From Diadema antillarum (Eukaryota), in NCBI RefSeq assembly GCF_040938485.1, contig NW_027271016.1, forward strand, positions 620,001-684,000: a stretch of DNA of 64,000 bases, written 5' to 3'. Of the stretch, positions 1 through 13,457 are shown in pieces; position 1 is the first letter of the stretch; the number at the start of each line of letters is the position of its first letter. The position numbers and the translations under genes are program-made. The notes under the pieces were generated by a model. That model worked only from the letters and a program-made list of their open reading frames with translations. It did no database searches and had not been told where the DNA came from.

Positions 1-29
1 TGAGAAGAGGCAGGAGGACCGCAGGCTGA
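1..29 (+). CDS. TRPM: TRPM channel gene, partial internal exon (continues upstream of the window)
   Basis: Frame from nt 2 reads EKRQEDRRL, followed by a GTGAGT donor at 30. The phase-1 join to the exon at 902 gives ...DRRLKLFL, which aligns with the DYGLKLFL segment of TRPM1/3. Confidence 0.75.
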
Positions 30-153
30 GTGAGTGACGGAAGCATGGATATCCCTGAGTCATTCAGAACAAGCCATTTTTGTGCAAGTGACTTTGCAGT
101 AGTGTGTTCAGAGCTGTGGGGTTTTCTGTGCCAATCAACACGCAAAGCACATA

Positions 154-346
154 CTGTAAAAGTGGAAATTTTTGTGGTATCGAAATTTTCACGCATTTCG
201 AGCAACCAGAAACTAGCGCGAAAATAAAAGCACATGACTATTTTTGCTTGCCTTTAAAATGTTCCAGGAGTTGATGTCTTGATTCCGCGGAATTAAAACA
301 CGTGAAACACGAAAAATTCATCCCACGAAAATATACACTTTTACAG
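154..346. mobile_element. Tc1/mariner-type MITE in TRPM intron
   Basis: TIR CTGTAAAAGTG (11 bp perfect, about 26 bp imperfect) at both ends, TA at 152-153 and 347-348, no coding capacity. Confidence 0.75.
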
Positions 347-901
347 TAACGTTTAAAGGGGGGTGGGAGTTATCCTTGTGAGATCTGATCACTTCAAGTA
401 TTATAGCTGCTTTCCTTAAAAGAGCACAAATTGGACATGTGAATAATCTTAATATTCTTAATATTCTTGGCATCCTCCTTCTCTGTTGACTTTCTGTTTG
501 TTTTTAAGTATTTACACTTAGCTGTAAGTTATCATCAGTCCATCCAAATGATTCTCATTGTTTATGAAGAAGAAGATCTTGTATCTGAGGGGATTAGTTA
601 TCCAGTAAGCAATGTTTTTACTGACATAAATGTAGGTGTTAATCTCTTTAAGCCAATTCTACATACCCTTGATGTTATGCCGTGATATGGTTGTGTAATG
701 CAATTTGAGAGCTGGGGTGCAAATCCTCCCCCATACATTGCTGACTGTGATTGGTGAAAGTCTATCAAATGAGCTAGGCATTTACTATAGTTCCAGCTGG
801 ATAATTTTCTAAAATATAGAATTCATCTAAATGAGTGAATAATCGTAGCTCTGCGTGGCAATCAATCTGTTCGCTGATGTACTAAGTTTCTTTTATTTCA
901 G

Positions 902-1034
902 AGCTATTTCTTGAGAAGGAGGCCATGGATCAAGTACAAGACTTTGAGGAGGCTTGTTTGGAGATCTACCTCAAGGACAAGGAATCTCAGAGACAAGTGT
1001 CCAGTGAGGAGAGACTCCGGGAGGTGGCTGAAAG
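902..1034 (+). CDS. TRPM: TRPM channel gene, penultimate exon (helix before the coiled coil)
   Basis: Acceptor TTTATTTCAG ends at 901, donor GTAATA at 1035. Translates LFLEKEAMDQVQDFEEACLEIYLKDKESQRQVSSEERLREVAER, closely resembling TRPM1/3 KLFLSDEELKxLHEFEEQCVxExFREKE...SSDERIRVTSER. Confidence 0.9.
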
Positions 1035-1792
1035 GTAATATGCAAGATCTGTAGTGTTCTCTTCTTTCTTTCTTTTTTAGCAGGGGAAATCTGAATTTTT
1101 GAGCAACAATGAAAAATGCTAGTAAATATCTCGCATTTGCAGATCTAAATAATTGAAAGCAAACGTTAAACTCTGCAGGGGTCAAGAGACAGAGCTTGAT
1201 GCAAAACAAAGCATTCTGTTTAAATCTTCAAGACTCTTTCAAGAGCTACTGTGACGCAAGTTTGTGTGAGGTGAAACTGATGTCTAGTGCTGTTCAAATT
1301 AAGAAGTGGTATGTGGGAAAGCCTGTGGTGGTCCCCATTTGTCCCTTGGGACAGGTAGCCAATGGCATCTGTAGCCAGGAATCGAACAGTGGAGAAAATG
1401 TGGTATGTTCTGTGCAAAATTCCTCTGAATGCTATTCTTTAAGACCATTTGCTTACTGGAACAGGGTGTACAATACAATAACTCTACAGTGAATCGCTAT
1501 GTCTTACAGGCAACAGGTTAATTCAGATGTAATGAATTGTTGCTCAAGGAATTTTTGTAATCCACGCTTTCTAAAATTGACCCAGCTTCAGCCCTAAATC
1601 TCAGTTCTGTCTTTGAAAGAAACTGTGTGGTGGCATTCAGAGTTTTCTTTTTTGTTTTAGTGCATTATGCATGTGAGCAGGGAAGAAATGTCTTAAGACT
1701 CTACCAAGGAATTTTGATTGACACTTAATGCTGTGATGAGGTCGTAAAATCTGTGAACTGAGAAGTGTTTCATCTCTGGTAAATCTTTGCAG

Positions 1793-3191
1793 ATCGGAGG
1801 ACCACTCGTACCAGCTGGAGGAGATTGTGGAGAAGGAGAACCTTTCAAAGCTTGGCATGCGCTCCTTCGAGCGAAGACTCATGCGAGTGGAGGAGGCCAC
1901 GTTCCAGACGGCAAGGAGCATATATGACATCCGCCAGCTGCTGATGACCAGTCTCCTGTCTGCGGAGATCAACGAAAATCTTCTGGCGTGCCGTCCTCCA
2001 AGTACAAGAGCGCCAGCGATGGTGCCCTCAATAAGGATAAATGGCCTGGTGAGAAGAGATGCCCAGGCGGGGATGGAAGGTGCGCAGTGGCAGCTCCTTT
2101 CCGCCTATGCAGCAGAAAGGACACGAGTTTGAACCCCACCCAGGGTTGCCACCGCGGTCGGAGCTGTTGAAGAAGGATAAGGATCTTCCCCTCGGTGCGC
2201 CCAGTTTGGGGATGGAGCGAGTGAGCCCGCGGACAGGTCGTAGGAAGCTGGTATCCAGCATGGCTTTCGATGAGGGATCCTTGGAGCTGAAGACGAATGG
2301 CAATGGTAAAACCAGTGGGAACAGCTCGGACAAGAGTCTGCACCACAGTGAGCTGCACAGCGGAGACAGCAGTGGGGAGAGCGACACCGCTCCCACCTCG
2401 GACAAGGAGGACGGGCCAAGAACCTTTGGCAGCCCAACCCGACTGGTGCCAAGGGTGGTGCTGGATGGCAGATCTGAAGTGAAGCGCAGCAAGAGCAGCC
2501 AAAAGGTGCTGCGGCTCAGCACCTTTGAGCGTTACCTGTCCATGGTGGCGCCACAGCAGGACTTTGAGAAGAATCACCAGCCCATTAAGCGGCAGGTCGG
2601 AGGCGAGTTCACGCGGAAGCGCAACGTTGCCCGCAGCCCCGTGGAGAGGCTGCTGGGCACCTCGGGGTTGCGTCACATAGACTCTGAGAGTACCATGTCT
2701 ATCTACAGTACGTCGAGCGTGCAGACCAGCAACCTGACATCCATGCAGCGTCCCATGCCTTACACCTCGGCGCCTGTCTACTCCACCATCACGGACCACA
2801 TCGACACCAGTGCAGCGAACACCAACCGTCTTCATGAGCTGGGCGCATCGACATCAAGCACTGGCTACATATCAATGAATGACAATTTGGACCTCGACGT
2901 GCCCCCATCTCCTTCGCCGTTTGTGAGATCGGGATGTCCCTGGACTTCACGCCTTTCACTAGCCTGCGATCGGACACTCTCCAACGATCGCCAACGCGGC
3001 CAGACCACCTGAAAAAGGTGGAGCAGGGCTGCTATGAGATGATGGACGAGAGCGAGTCCGACCAGGACCCGGTGCGGATGCGAACTAGCATCGAGGACGA
3101 GGATGAGAGCGGGATAGAGTTCACGGTGAGGAAGTCGTCCGAAACCAGTCAGGAGAGCAAAGAGGAAGTGACCAAGGAGACGACCTGCTGA
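1793..3191 (+). CDS. TRPM: TRPM channel gene (TRPM1/3-like), last exon: tetramerisation coiled coil plus disordered tail, with apparent frameshifts
   Basis: Acceptor TCTTTGCAG ends at 1792 and phase 2 is consistent. Reads SEDHSYQLEEIVEKENLSKLGMRSFERRLMRVEEATFQTARSI (TRPM coiled coil). YSTITDHIDT (cf. TRPM3 EYTSITDCIDT) lies in another frame (ORF 2059-3012), and the natural-looking end KETTC-stop lies in ORF 2934-3191. Exact paralogue not assignable. Confidence 0.8.
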
Positions 3192-5111
3192 AATCAAGAC
3201 TGAGAACACGCCAAATAGGAATTCCCATTTTTATGCTATTTCACTGAAAAAAAACATTTACAATGATATGAGACAGCTCATCAGTGAATTGTAATGTCCA
3301 TCATCTTGCTTCGTCCTTATGTTAACAGATTTTGACCAATTCATCAACGCTGTTTTGTCCTGGTTGCTGTCAACAGTGAAAGACTTTCATTTTCCGTCAG
3401 TTTACTGGGGCAAAGAGGAAATTCTGGCCTATGTGTGGTCTTTGGAACTTGAAACATTCCAGCATAAAATTATAATTAAAACTTTCTTCAATTACTTGTG
3501 CAATGTCAAACATCTGGCAAGGCAATAAATCTATACTTTGTTTTTTTGTGGTGGAACTCTAAACAAAAAATCTCATCAAGTGAAATGTCACAGCCTCATT
3601 TTCGTGACATGAAATTTCTCTCTTACATCAATTGTTCCGCCTAAGATTATTTCAGCAGTATGCAAAAAAAAAAAGTTCATAAAGATATTAAAAGAATGTG
3701 GTACTTTACTATTGCCAAATTTGGAGGCTGTTCTTGGTTAAAGTAAGTGTGAGGAGATATGTGCATGATATTATTTATTATCTTTTCCTGTCTATCTACA
3801 GGGTTAAATATTGAAAGGGGGGGGGGGAGGTTGTCTGCTACACAAGATTACTATGCAAAGTGTGAAGGATAATGTCTAAGCAGGGACTGTCCAGTCATGT
3901 AGTTAAATAGTAGGAGACCTAAATGATAGTGTGATGAGATGAGAAACATTCCTTGAAAGATTGCTCAAACAAAGACCACAACACTGTGGGACTCCATTCA
4001 CATAACCCCACCTCACAATACTTTGAATGGTTGTATGTTATTGTTCCTATTATTGTTACTCATCCAAGATTGTTGATTTCAGAGGAATATTCATATCTTG
4101 AACACCACACATGGTTGTAACCATTCTCTTTGTGTGCAGGGCAAGGATCAATGACAGTCACACAAATCCATGTTACTTCGACTTATTCCTCCAAAAAGCG
4201 CTTATCTAGAAACAAAGTGTGCAGATAGAGCAGTGTCCTTCTTCATTTTGTAAATAGTACATTTATTTTGTCATATTTCTTTATTTTTGACATATGAATT
4301 TACTTTTTACCAAGGGACTTTAATTTCTTACGTCAGCCAAACTGCCTTGAAGTAAAGGAATGTTTTACCAATTGAATGTAACATAGTTTGCAGGGAAATA
4401 GAGATTTGTGTTTGTGATGTATTTGTACAAGTATGTAAATATACGGACAAATATTATTTGTAAATGTCTTTATCATAGAGGAGGAAGAGTTGGTACTGCA
4501 CAAACTATTTATTCAGCAATGCCTTCGTTTCATAGAGACTGTAGTATAACTCAAATTAATCCAAATGAAGAGGGATGTAGTGTGTCCTTGTGGCAGTACT
4601 TTTCAATGCTTAGACGATCTCTACTAAACGGGGTAGACGATCTCTACTAGACGGGGAGCGCACACTTCATAACATTGGAGCCATTGCAGAGCACACCATA
4701 CCACAGCCGTGTTGCAAGTAGAGCCTCCTTTCTTGTCCTACTGTTCATAGTGAGGAAGGAGCAGAAAATGATCAATATTCCCATTTCTGCAATTCCGTGG
4801 CACAAAGCAACGTCTGACTTTGAATAAGAATGGAGGAATTTCCAGGGAAAGTTTGCAAGTCTGAATTATTTGGGTGTTGGAAGCAAAATGGTTGTCTATA
4901 CGCTGGGGGAGAACTCTGAGTGATTTTTGGACAAAGCGTAAAGAACTGCCCCACAGCCCTGAGCTTTCGTGCACAACTCATTGTAGTGCAATCTGGCTTC
5001 GCTACCAAAGAGGCCAAGACTTCTCCCCAGGGATTCCCCACGGGAAACTGATCGTCAATGGACTAAGCTACCCGTGCAGAAAATTCATGGTGCTACTAAT
5101 TCGTATGAACG

Positions 5112-5153
5112 TGATGATGATGATGATGATGATAGTGGTGATGATGATGCGAT
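5112..5153. repeat. (GAT)n microsatellite
   Basis: Visible imperfect GAT run. Confidence 0.9.
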
Positions 5154-7273
5154 GCATGTAGATGTATGATGAAATCGTTATTGGAATTTCAGAGTGACTT
5201 TCCTGCACAAAGTGTGGTTGATTTAAGAGTATATTGTTGCCTCACTTTGCTAAAATATATGCTTTTGAATACCCTTGTGACATCTTAGTGACATTACGAG
5301 ACAAGTTAACTGCATGGTAGTGATGCAGGATTTGCTGGACATAGACTGTGAAATCTGGAAGTGATTAAAATGTTTACTCTTTGACAAAAAAAAAGGAAAG
5401 GAAAGAGTTATGAGAAATTAGATATTCGTGATGTTGTTGTAAAAGTTTGCATGACTTGCGCTAGATGAAGATTAAGATTTCATTATTGATGCAATTGTAC
5501 TAGTTTGAAAGAAGAAATGTTTTTATGTGATAGAGACCTTGGGACTGTGCGAAAAGCCATTAGCCAGAGAGCGCAAATGTGTGTAGTTGCCCCCACCTAC
5601 CCCCAATGTAAAAAGAAAAACAAAATTATATTGATATGTGACACTATATATGGCAGGCACATCTGTTGTGACACACAAAAAACACAAAGGAAATGTACTG
5701 TTCTCCTAGCAGTTCGCAGAATTATTTGAAGGTGGTGTTAAGATTATCAACCAAATTTTGCTGTCTAAGGGGCAGAATGGGATTGGTAAAGTAGGGCATG
5801 TCAAACTTGTGATTCCTTCGTCATATTCAGCTTCCACAGTCAAAGGCATGGATGTGACATCTACAGGCCTAGATGTTGTTTCCAGAGACTCAAACTCACG
5901 TATACGTAACAAAAGCGAAATTGAATTGAATTGAATATGTATCGAAGACTTACACAAGGCATTACTCCGTAGTCATCCCTGTTACGTCGTAAGATTCTTA
6001 TGCAGACATTACATACCCCTGAAGTCAAAGTGCATGTAACATTCCATTTTGCCCCGAAGAGTAATGACAGTTATAGGTGCACATTACAGCAGCCAGTCTG
6101 AGGCCCACAAGGTTTCATGGGATGCATTAAGTAGATTTTGCTTGCATGATGTGATTGGCTTATCCGTTGTTCGTAAGAGATAAAAAGAAAAGTTATATTT
6201 TTATAGCACTTCAATGCTGGTGTATTTTGTCAGCTGTGTGCTTGCCCTGGCTGAGGTATGATAGTTTGGCGTGGAGATGTACACCATTTTTCAGTGCATT
6301 CACAGTTCATCACAGTAAACTGGAGACTCTGTGAAGATCCATCCATGCCAACCTTTGACCTCACTCAATGCCACGCAATTATAAACAGCAAAACAAAAAT
6401 CTTTATATATTATATATTCTTTTTCTTCCTCGGCATGAGGAGTTCTCGTTTGCTCTCTTATGCTGAATGTTTGATGTGAAGGAATTGTTGAACCCTCCAT
6501 TGCCTAGAATGTAAAGTCTATGCAACTGAGTGTTCTCACAGACATGGTATATATACAGAGCTTCCATGCTATATGTATTCTTGTGAGGGGAAAAAAAAAA
6601 TAAGCAGATAGGGTACAGAGTACCATATTGGAAATGCATGTTCTCGGCAAGATTGTGCGTCATCTGGGTATTTGCTTAAATTGATCCTTGGATAGCTTGC
6701 GCAGCTGATGTGATAATTATGAACAAAAGAGGATCTGCCTAAAGGATGTGTAAATGTGAATGTGAGTGATTGTAATTAGAGAAATGCTATAAATTAATCT
6801 AAGTTAAGGGGAGGGGTGAAAGGGAAGAAAACAACTTGTGTTAAATATCTGAATAATATGTACTGTGATGTTAGGAGAAAACCAACATTTGTCATCTCCG
6901 CTTTATAATCCAATGAATTTCCTGCAATGAATTTACTTCCATGCCATTCTGCAATTCGGTGTGTGAAATATCACAATAATGGAATTTCCGGAAAAAAACA
7001 ACACAAAAAACACAAAACACAAAATGTGCATCCACTACTATGCTCATTATCAATTGATAACACCCTCCAATAGGGAATAGCACAAACTTTTCAACCCAAA
7101 TTGAAGAAAAATATTACTCTCATACAAGCGGGAACAAGTGGAATGAACAAGAAGAAATCAGTCACATAATAATAATTGAATTGAACCTTATGCCATGGCT
7201 CACAGTCTACTGTGAAGTCTGATTACTACTTCTGTAATTTCAACTCAATATTAGCTCATTTTTGTTATCATTG

Positions 7274-7274
7274 C

Positions 7275-7330
<56 letters not shown>

Positions 7331-7331
7331 C
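7274..7331. repeat. (CT)n microsatellite
   Basis: Visible CT run. Confidence 0.95.
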
Positions 7332-8848
7332 TTTTTGCATTATCTATTTTCATATTACTCTAATCTGAAGAAAAACTTGCCTTCTAGCAATTGTGTTGTA
7401 GAATGGTAATGGCTTGCATTTCACTCAAAGTCACAAAATATGATGATGAAAATAGTCAATTAGCAGTGATTGTACACGCCTGGTCAGTATTCTCTGAATG
7501 TTTCATGAAAATATGTTGGACATATGACACTTGGCAATTTACATGTTTTCTCACTATTTGTACACACTCTCATGCACTGGAAGAGTTCACACTTTGTTTT
7601 ATGAATATTGCAACCACCACGGATACAACTTGCCACTTTTCACTTTCTGTTTGCTCTAGTGACTAGTAGAGCATGATTCTCAAGACTAGTAAATTCACTT
7701 ACTGTTGCAGTTCCTCAAAAGAGTGTTCTCGGCAGTTGAACTCTTGTGGCATTTTATAAATTCTTTTGTAAATGGGTCAATATTTTATCTCTGGGTGTGA
7801 CAATATTCTTATATTCTAAGGTGATCACAAATAGCTTGTAAAGTTGTTACTATTGCATTATTATCAAATGGCTGGAGCTAATTTTGACAATTAGCAGTGG
7901 GGAGGATTTTTTTTCTTTTTTTTTTGCAATGACTTTGTCTGATGAGCTTATGTTGTGCAAATACTATAACTCCTTGGTGCAATAATGTGGAAGAGATTAT
8001 CAATCCTCACAAAATACTTGTAATGACAGTTGAAGTAGCTGTGGATACTGTGACATCTCTGTCTTACATGAGAAAAAAAGAAGAAACAACAAAGAATTAA
8101 ACGTGCAGTGTGTGAAATGAATGTGTAGGTTCTGACATACTTGGTACTGAAATATACATGCATCATGTGTAGGGGATGTCATTTTGTGTAATACACAAAT
8201 GTATTAAAGAAAAGAGGTTAACTAGTTCACACCAGTGTCGCTGTCTTGAATTATTCGTGTTGATTTCTTGGTTGCAAATGTGTGAAAGTGTTATGTTTAT
8301 GGTGTGACTTTACATTCAGTGGAATGTGCATTCCAAACTTACTGCTGTTGGGAAGCTCAGAGTACGAAATTAAAGGTCCTGTTTACCTTTGGGAATAGTG
8401 ATTTCAAAGATTTTTACGATATGACATTTAATGCATATGTGTAGGTCTGTTTACCACAAAACATCCTATCATATAAAATTTTTTGCGTTAAAGCCTAGAA
8501 TATAAGGAGATATCTGTATTTTTCTCAATAAATCATAACTGTAGATGGTTTAGTCTGGAAACGTTAATTATTATAACTATTCACATTTTGTATATTTAAC
8601 AATACTTAACATTGATTTTACCGATTCAAATTTTTACAGTGGTTGTCTTTTATCCCTAACTCACATTTTAGAACTACAATGTATTTTAAAGCACTAATGC
8701 TGGGTTTTTGTTTCCTCTGCAAATGGTAAATTATGCCTTTAATATCCTTTTGGGACATCACTGCATATTTCTTGCTTTCCAAAGTCACTATAGTGGGGCA
8801 GATATGTAGCAAACAATTGGTCGAGATGCTCACATCTAGTATCTAGGT

Positions 8849-9790
8849 GAATATGAAATTTTGCATTTAGTGGTATTTTGGGGCCCTGATTTAAAAAAAA
8901 AAAAATGCAGGATCCAAGAGATCTGACCACTGGGTCGGCCGCCATCTTGAATTCCAATATGGCCACCGTCTAGAATTAGTTCAAGATCCCCACATCTTGG
9001 ATTTTAAATGACCTGTAACACCAAAATCTGGTACACAAGAGCGTTTTGACATGTTAACTTCAATAATGGATTAGATTGAAAGCGTCTGAAAAAAAAAATA
9101 GATTGACCGCCATTTTGAACTCCAATATGTCCTCCCCGACGAAATGTTTAAAATCCCTATCTCGAGTTCTAAATGACGAGTGACGCTGAAATTTGGTGCA
9201 AACAGGTATTTTAATACGCTGGGTTAAAAATGGATTAATGTGATATATATGTCTGACAAACGCTGTGCCCGCCATTTTGAATTTGAATATGGCTGCCAAG
9301 AAAAACAGCGCGACTAACATTCACGGGGCATGCAAAAAAAGTGCAGCAAAAATAAACATAATGCACCTTCACTGACGTCACAACTATATAATCTACATAC
9401 AGCAGCGATCACTCAATCAGCTACAACGCGCCCTCAATCAGGTAGCCTACGTACAAGTGTAGGTACTTTACAAACCCAATATATAGAGATTTTCAACACT
9501 CCATGTACATTTGATGACAACCATATAGGAAAATTCATATTGGCTGTTGTGCAGCTTGTCAGATATGGCCATATTAATCCGTTATTGAAGTCAGCATTAT
9601 ATTACCTTTTACGTATCTAATTTCAATGGCCTTTGTCATTCAGAACTGAAGATAGGGATCTTTAAATGTTTTGTAATGGCCGCCATATTGGAATTCAAAA
9701 TGGCGGCCGACTCAGGGGTCAGATCTCTTGGATCCAGCAATTTTTGAAAACAGCGCCCCAAAATACCTCAGTATGCAAAATTTCATATTC
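8849..9790. mobile_element. Non-autonomous element with ~115-bp inverted arms rich in GCCGCCAT(C/T)TTG motifs
   Basis: 8849-8967 is the reverse complement of 9678-9790 (GAATATGAAATTTTGCAT...GGATCCAAGAGATCTGACC...GGCCGCCAT). A further internal copy lies near 9100-9300. No TSD identified. Confidence 0.55.
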
Positions 9791-10628
9791 CACAGAAATT
9801 AACTTTCCGAACATAATGAAAGAGCACTTGATTAACCGCTTTCAGAAAGCAGTGGGAGTGTTAACGTCAGTATCAAGTTGATGGAATGTGTAATTTTAAT
9901 GAAAAATGAATTTTTGTAGAATTCCCTATCTATTTTTTTATATTGTTGCACACACATGACGTCATAACCTCTAGTAGTCTCCTCATCCAGCGGTTCCAAC
10001 ACCAAAACTTTAAAAATTCATAACTTTTGCATCGATTGTCCAATTTTCCTCAAACTTTCACTGATGTGTTCTACGTACTAATTTAATGTTGCTGCTTTCA
10101 CTCAATCCACATTTCTCTTTGGGTTTTGGTTTCCTTTAAGATGTCTTCACGAGTGACGAGGGAGTTTACACGATCATGTCGAATTTGAACATTTCTTACT
10201 CATATGTCCATCTTTGCTCATCGCTTCCGGAGCCATACCATTAAATGCCTGCATTGGAAGACCATATTATGCCCGCGTCCCTTTTCCTTCCCCTCCTTCG
10301 TCGGAACCGTCGAAATAACGAAACTTCGTTGACGGACTATAATCGTACATATTATCATAGACGTGACAATGAGCTATATTAACTTTGTCACTGCACCCCG
10401 GTTAAAGGAGAATGAACCCAAAATAAGATAGCTGTAAAGCCAGAAACTTTTACGAATTTCGCGAGGAGCCAAGGATCAATCGCAGAAGTAGAGTGCACGG
10501 GGAAAGTTTTTGTCCAAACAAACATTAAATGCCGGTACAGAAGCTGTATACTCCATCATGAATGGCAATAACGCGAAAATGTTGTGCCGCGAATGTTTCT
10601 TGTTTTACTGTATAAGAATTAAGGGGAC

Positions 10629-11376
10629 GCTGCAATATTAGTACCAAAAACTTTACTTCGATTATGGAGACCTATAACATAAAACACAAGTATGTATCCA
10701 CAATGCAGAGGCGGATCCAGGAATTCTCTAAAGGAGGGGGGGGGGGGGGCAACTAATATTTCTGATGCCACTTCCGGGTTTCATTTCATTTTTTTTCTTT
10801 TTCATTTCTTTTGTTTTTAACGAAAAATAAAGGGGGCGTGCGCCGGTTGCGCCCCCTCTGGATCCGCCACTGCAATGTGCACATCCCATGTCTCCCTCTC
10901 TCTCTCCCTCTCTCTCTCCCTCTCTGTCACGGCAGTTATGATGAAAATAATATTTGCTTTTGCATGCACGTGAACTCGCAAACTTTGTTACTACTCTTCA
11001 ACATTAACATAACATTCACATGTCTCGCGAGCTCAAACCTATGCCCCTGGGTCCAATGTGTAGAAAGATTGAATTAGTTATTGGCCGACATTAGTTATGA
11101 TTATTGTGTCCTTATCCCTTAGTCACTCAAGTACGGCACTATTTGACACTATATACATTATCTCTTTGAACTTTACAGTAAACAGAAAAAAAGTTATAAA
11201 AAGAGAATGCTTCGGAGTTCACTTACAGTGACATAGGGTGCGGTGCAAGTGTGAGTCCACTGTATGTGTTCTTCTACAGTAGATATTTAAGTAGCAGCGT
11301 GTTAAACAGGCCTGTTTCACCTAACAATATATTATATGCATACATGTCCTCAACGTCTTCAGGTAAGAGAAAATAT
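10629..11376 (+). repeat. Diverged direct repeat, copy A (copy B at 13293-13899)
   Basis: Shared GCTGCAATATTAGTAC...TATTTGCTTTTGCATGCACGTGAAC...TTCTxxACAGTAGATATTTAAGTAGC...AGAGAAAATAT. Confidence 0.8.
10706..10872. mobile_element. 167-bp MITE with CAGnGGCGGATCCAG TIRs and 5-bp TSD
   Basis: TIRs CAGAGGCGGATCCAG / CTGGATCCGCCACTG; TSD CAATG at 10701-10705 and 10873-10877. The paralogous repeat copy near 13350 lacks the insert. Confidence 0.9.
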
Positions 11377-11862
11377 GCTTCCATGTACCGGCCCACGTAC
11401 TATGTTTATGATGCAATTATGTGTAAGTACATATATATTCACGTGTGGTGTTTACTATAATTATCATGTTCAGTATTGTTTCTTCTAGTATAGGTCTACT
11501 ACATCATCGTGGAGAGATATTATACACCTTCGGCACCAGAAACATGTCGCCTTGACAGAGTAGGCCTACTGATTGGCCACCGCAGATTCAACCTATGCCG
11601 ACATGATTCCTCTTCGTTTTAGAGCATATTATTATGTTTAGAATCGGTAGCGTCACGTAAGCCGAACCATATTCACTTGACTCGGGAGTTTTTCTATTTT
11701 GTTCCCTTGAGAATTTTAGGCGGGGAAAGAATCCTTGAAAATCTCATTTGAGCAGATGTGCATTAACAAGACTTCGCCAAAGTGGATCCGTGTGGTATTT
11801 CAGTTTTCTATGTCTTGATTACCACATTAAATCTCTTTCTTCAGAGGCATGTGCGAGACGTA

Positions 11863-12810
11863 TTTTTACGCCTCCGTCACGAAGTGACCCTTGCCGAAGG
11901 CATTATGTTCTAATAGGTTTTAGACGGCGTAAACTGAAGAACCATTTGAGGTATAACATGCGTGTATGCATGAGCGGACTATTCAGCTGTGCTTACCAAC
12001 TTGTGTGCTCAAGGTTAATTTCTTGAAATTTCACCGTTTCCCTCGTATTTCTGCAGTGCCTGAAGGTGGGCCTATTATTATGAAACCTATAGATAGTGTA
12101 CGTATGTTGTATATATAGGCCTGTAAGCATTACCAGATAAAGATTCGCTTTAGAAAAAAGTTTTGAGCCATGGTGTCAAAAGTAAAGTAAAAGTGCTACA
12201 ATGTTACTTCATCTCTGAAATGGATCAAGGTATCTTCATGACAATTTATACATAAACATGTGTTTTCTTCTCCTTGAGAATTTTGGGTCATGGGTGTCAG
12301 ATGTCAAGGGTCAAAGGTCTTGTTTAAATTTCAAAAGTATACTTTTTGAATGCTGAAATTACACTTTTTCCATACCTTGGAAATGGTCCAAAGCATACGC
12401 TTAATGAAACTGAGTATGTATTTACGCGTATTACCGCACATGTGATTCTGCACAGAAAGATTTGAGCCATGGGGTTGCATGTCAAGGTTAAAATGCTAAA
12501 ATTTCTAAACTTTTCCTATACATGTTGAAAGTAGCTCACAGTAAATTGAGTATTCATGCATACATTACCAGTTTGTGATTTTTTGAAGAAAGTTGTGGGC
12601 TATGGGGTCAAAGGGCAAGGGTCAAAGGTCAAGTGACATTGCTACAACTCTCAAATACTTGCTCTTTGAACCAATATTTTCTGCATCCAAGCGAAACTTG
12701 GAGAAAGGAATGTATAACTACTCAACACATTTGGGGGATGCGTAAAATATTGTTCAAACACGTTATTTCAGTTGTTTGCCAACCATGTGGAAATGTCGTC
12801 TCACATATTA
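11863..12810 (+). mobile_element. AGGTCA-rich interspersed repeat, probable Helentron-associated (HINE-like) element
   Basis: T-run start TTTTTACGCCTCCG...GCCGAAGGCATTATGTT and internal GGGTCAAAGGTC repeats. A matching GCGGAGGCAT 3' segment lies near 14050 and an inverted homologue at 16110-16960. Confidence 0.5.
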
Positions 12811-13292
12811 TCAATGGCGAGCTTTACATCATTTTCTGCGACGCGAACGCCAAGACGACGCAGTCTCCCTGACTGAACAATGGAAACAGCCGTCTCGCTC
12901 ATGTGCAGAACACCATTTTGGCCTAATTCGCGTTCGCGTCGCAGATCTAACGCTCGCTGGTATGTACTGAAAGAAACCAAAGACCTGGGGGCACTTTAAT
13001 GGAATATTTTGAAATTTGCCCACCCTCCAAGGGTTGAAAGGAACCAAGGGGGGCGGGGGGTTAGGAGGGGTAGGCCTATTCCCCCTTCCACGCGCCGGGG
13101 AGATTTGCATTTTCAGAACTGAAATTCTTGATCTGATGCACTCTTTGGGAGAAATATTTCGACGAGTTTCTGCCACAGAAAAGTACGCTCGAAACATGGG
13201 GATATAATTATACGTAATTGTCATCCCCCACCTTGTGATCGGGGGGGGGGGTGCATACTCCGTCCCTGCCCCCCTGTCTACATCCCTGGAAT

Positions 13293-13413
13293 GCTGCAAT
13301 ATTAGTACAAAACATCAGCGTTTTGTGGAAACCTACAGCTTGTACATCAAAATGTGCACACCCCCATCGCTCTCTCTCTCTCTCTCTCTCTCCCTCGCTC
13401 TCTCTCTCCCTAC

Positions 13414-13457
<44 letters not shown>

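Noticed and set aside
1975-2132. Programmed ribosomal frameshifting in TRPM
   Set aside because: No X-XXY-YYZ slippery heptamer at the inferred switch points, and several shifts would be needed.
1969-2835. 288-aa minus-strand ORF and other ORFs overlapping the TRPM last exon
   Set aside because: Shadow ORFs of GC-rich coding sequence; no recognisable motifs.
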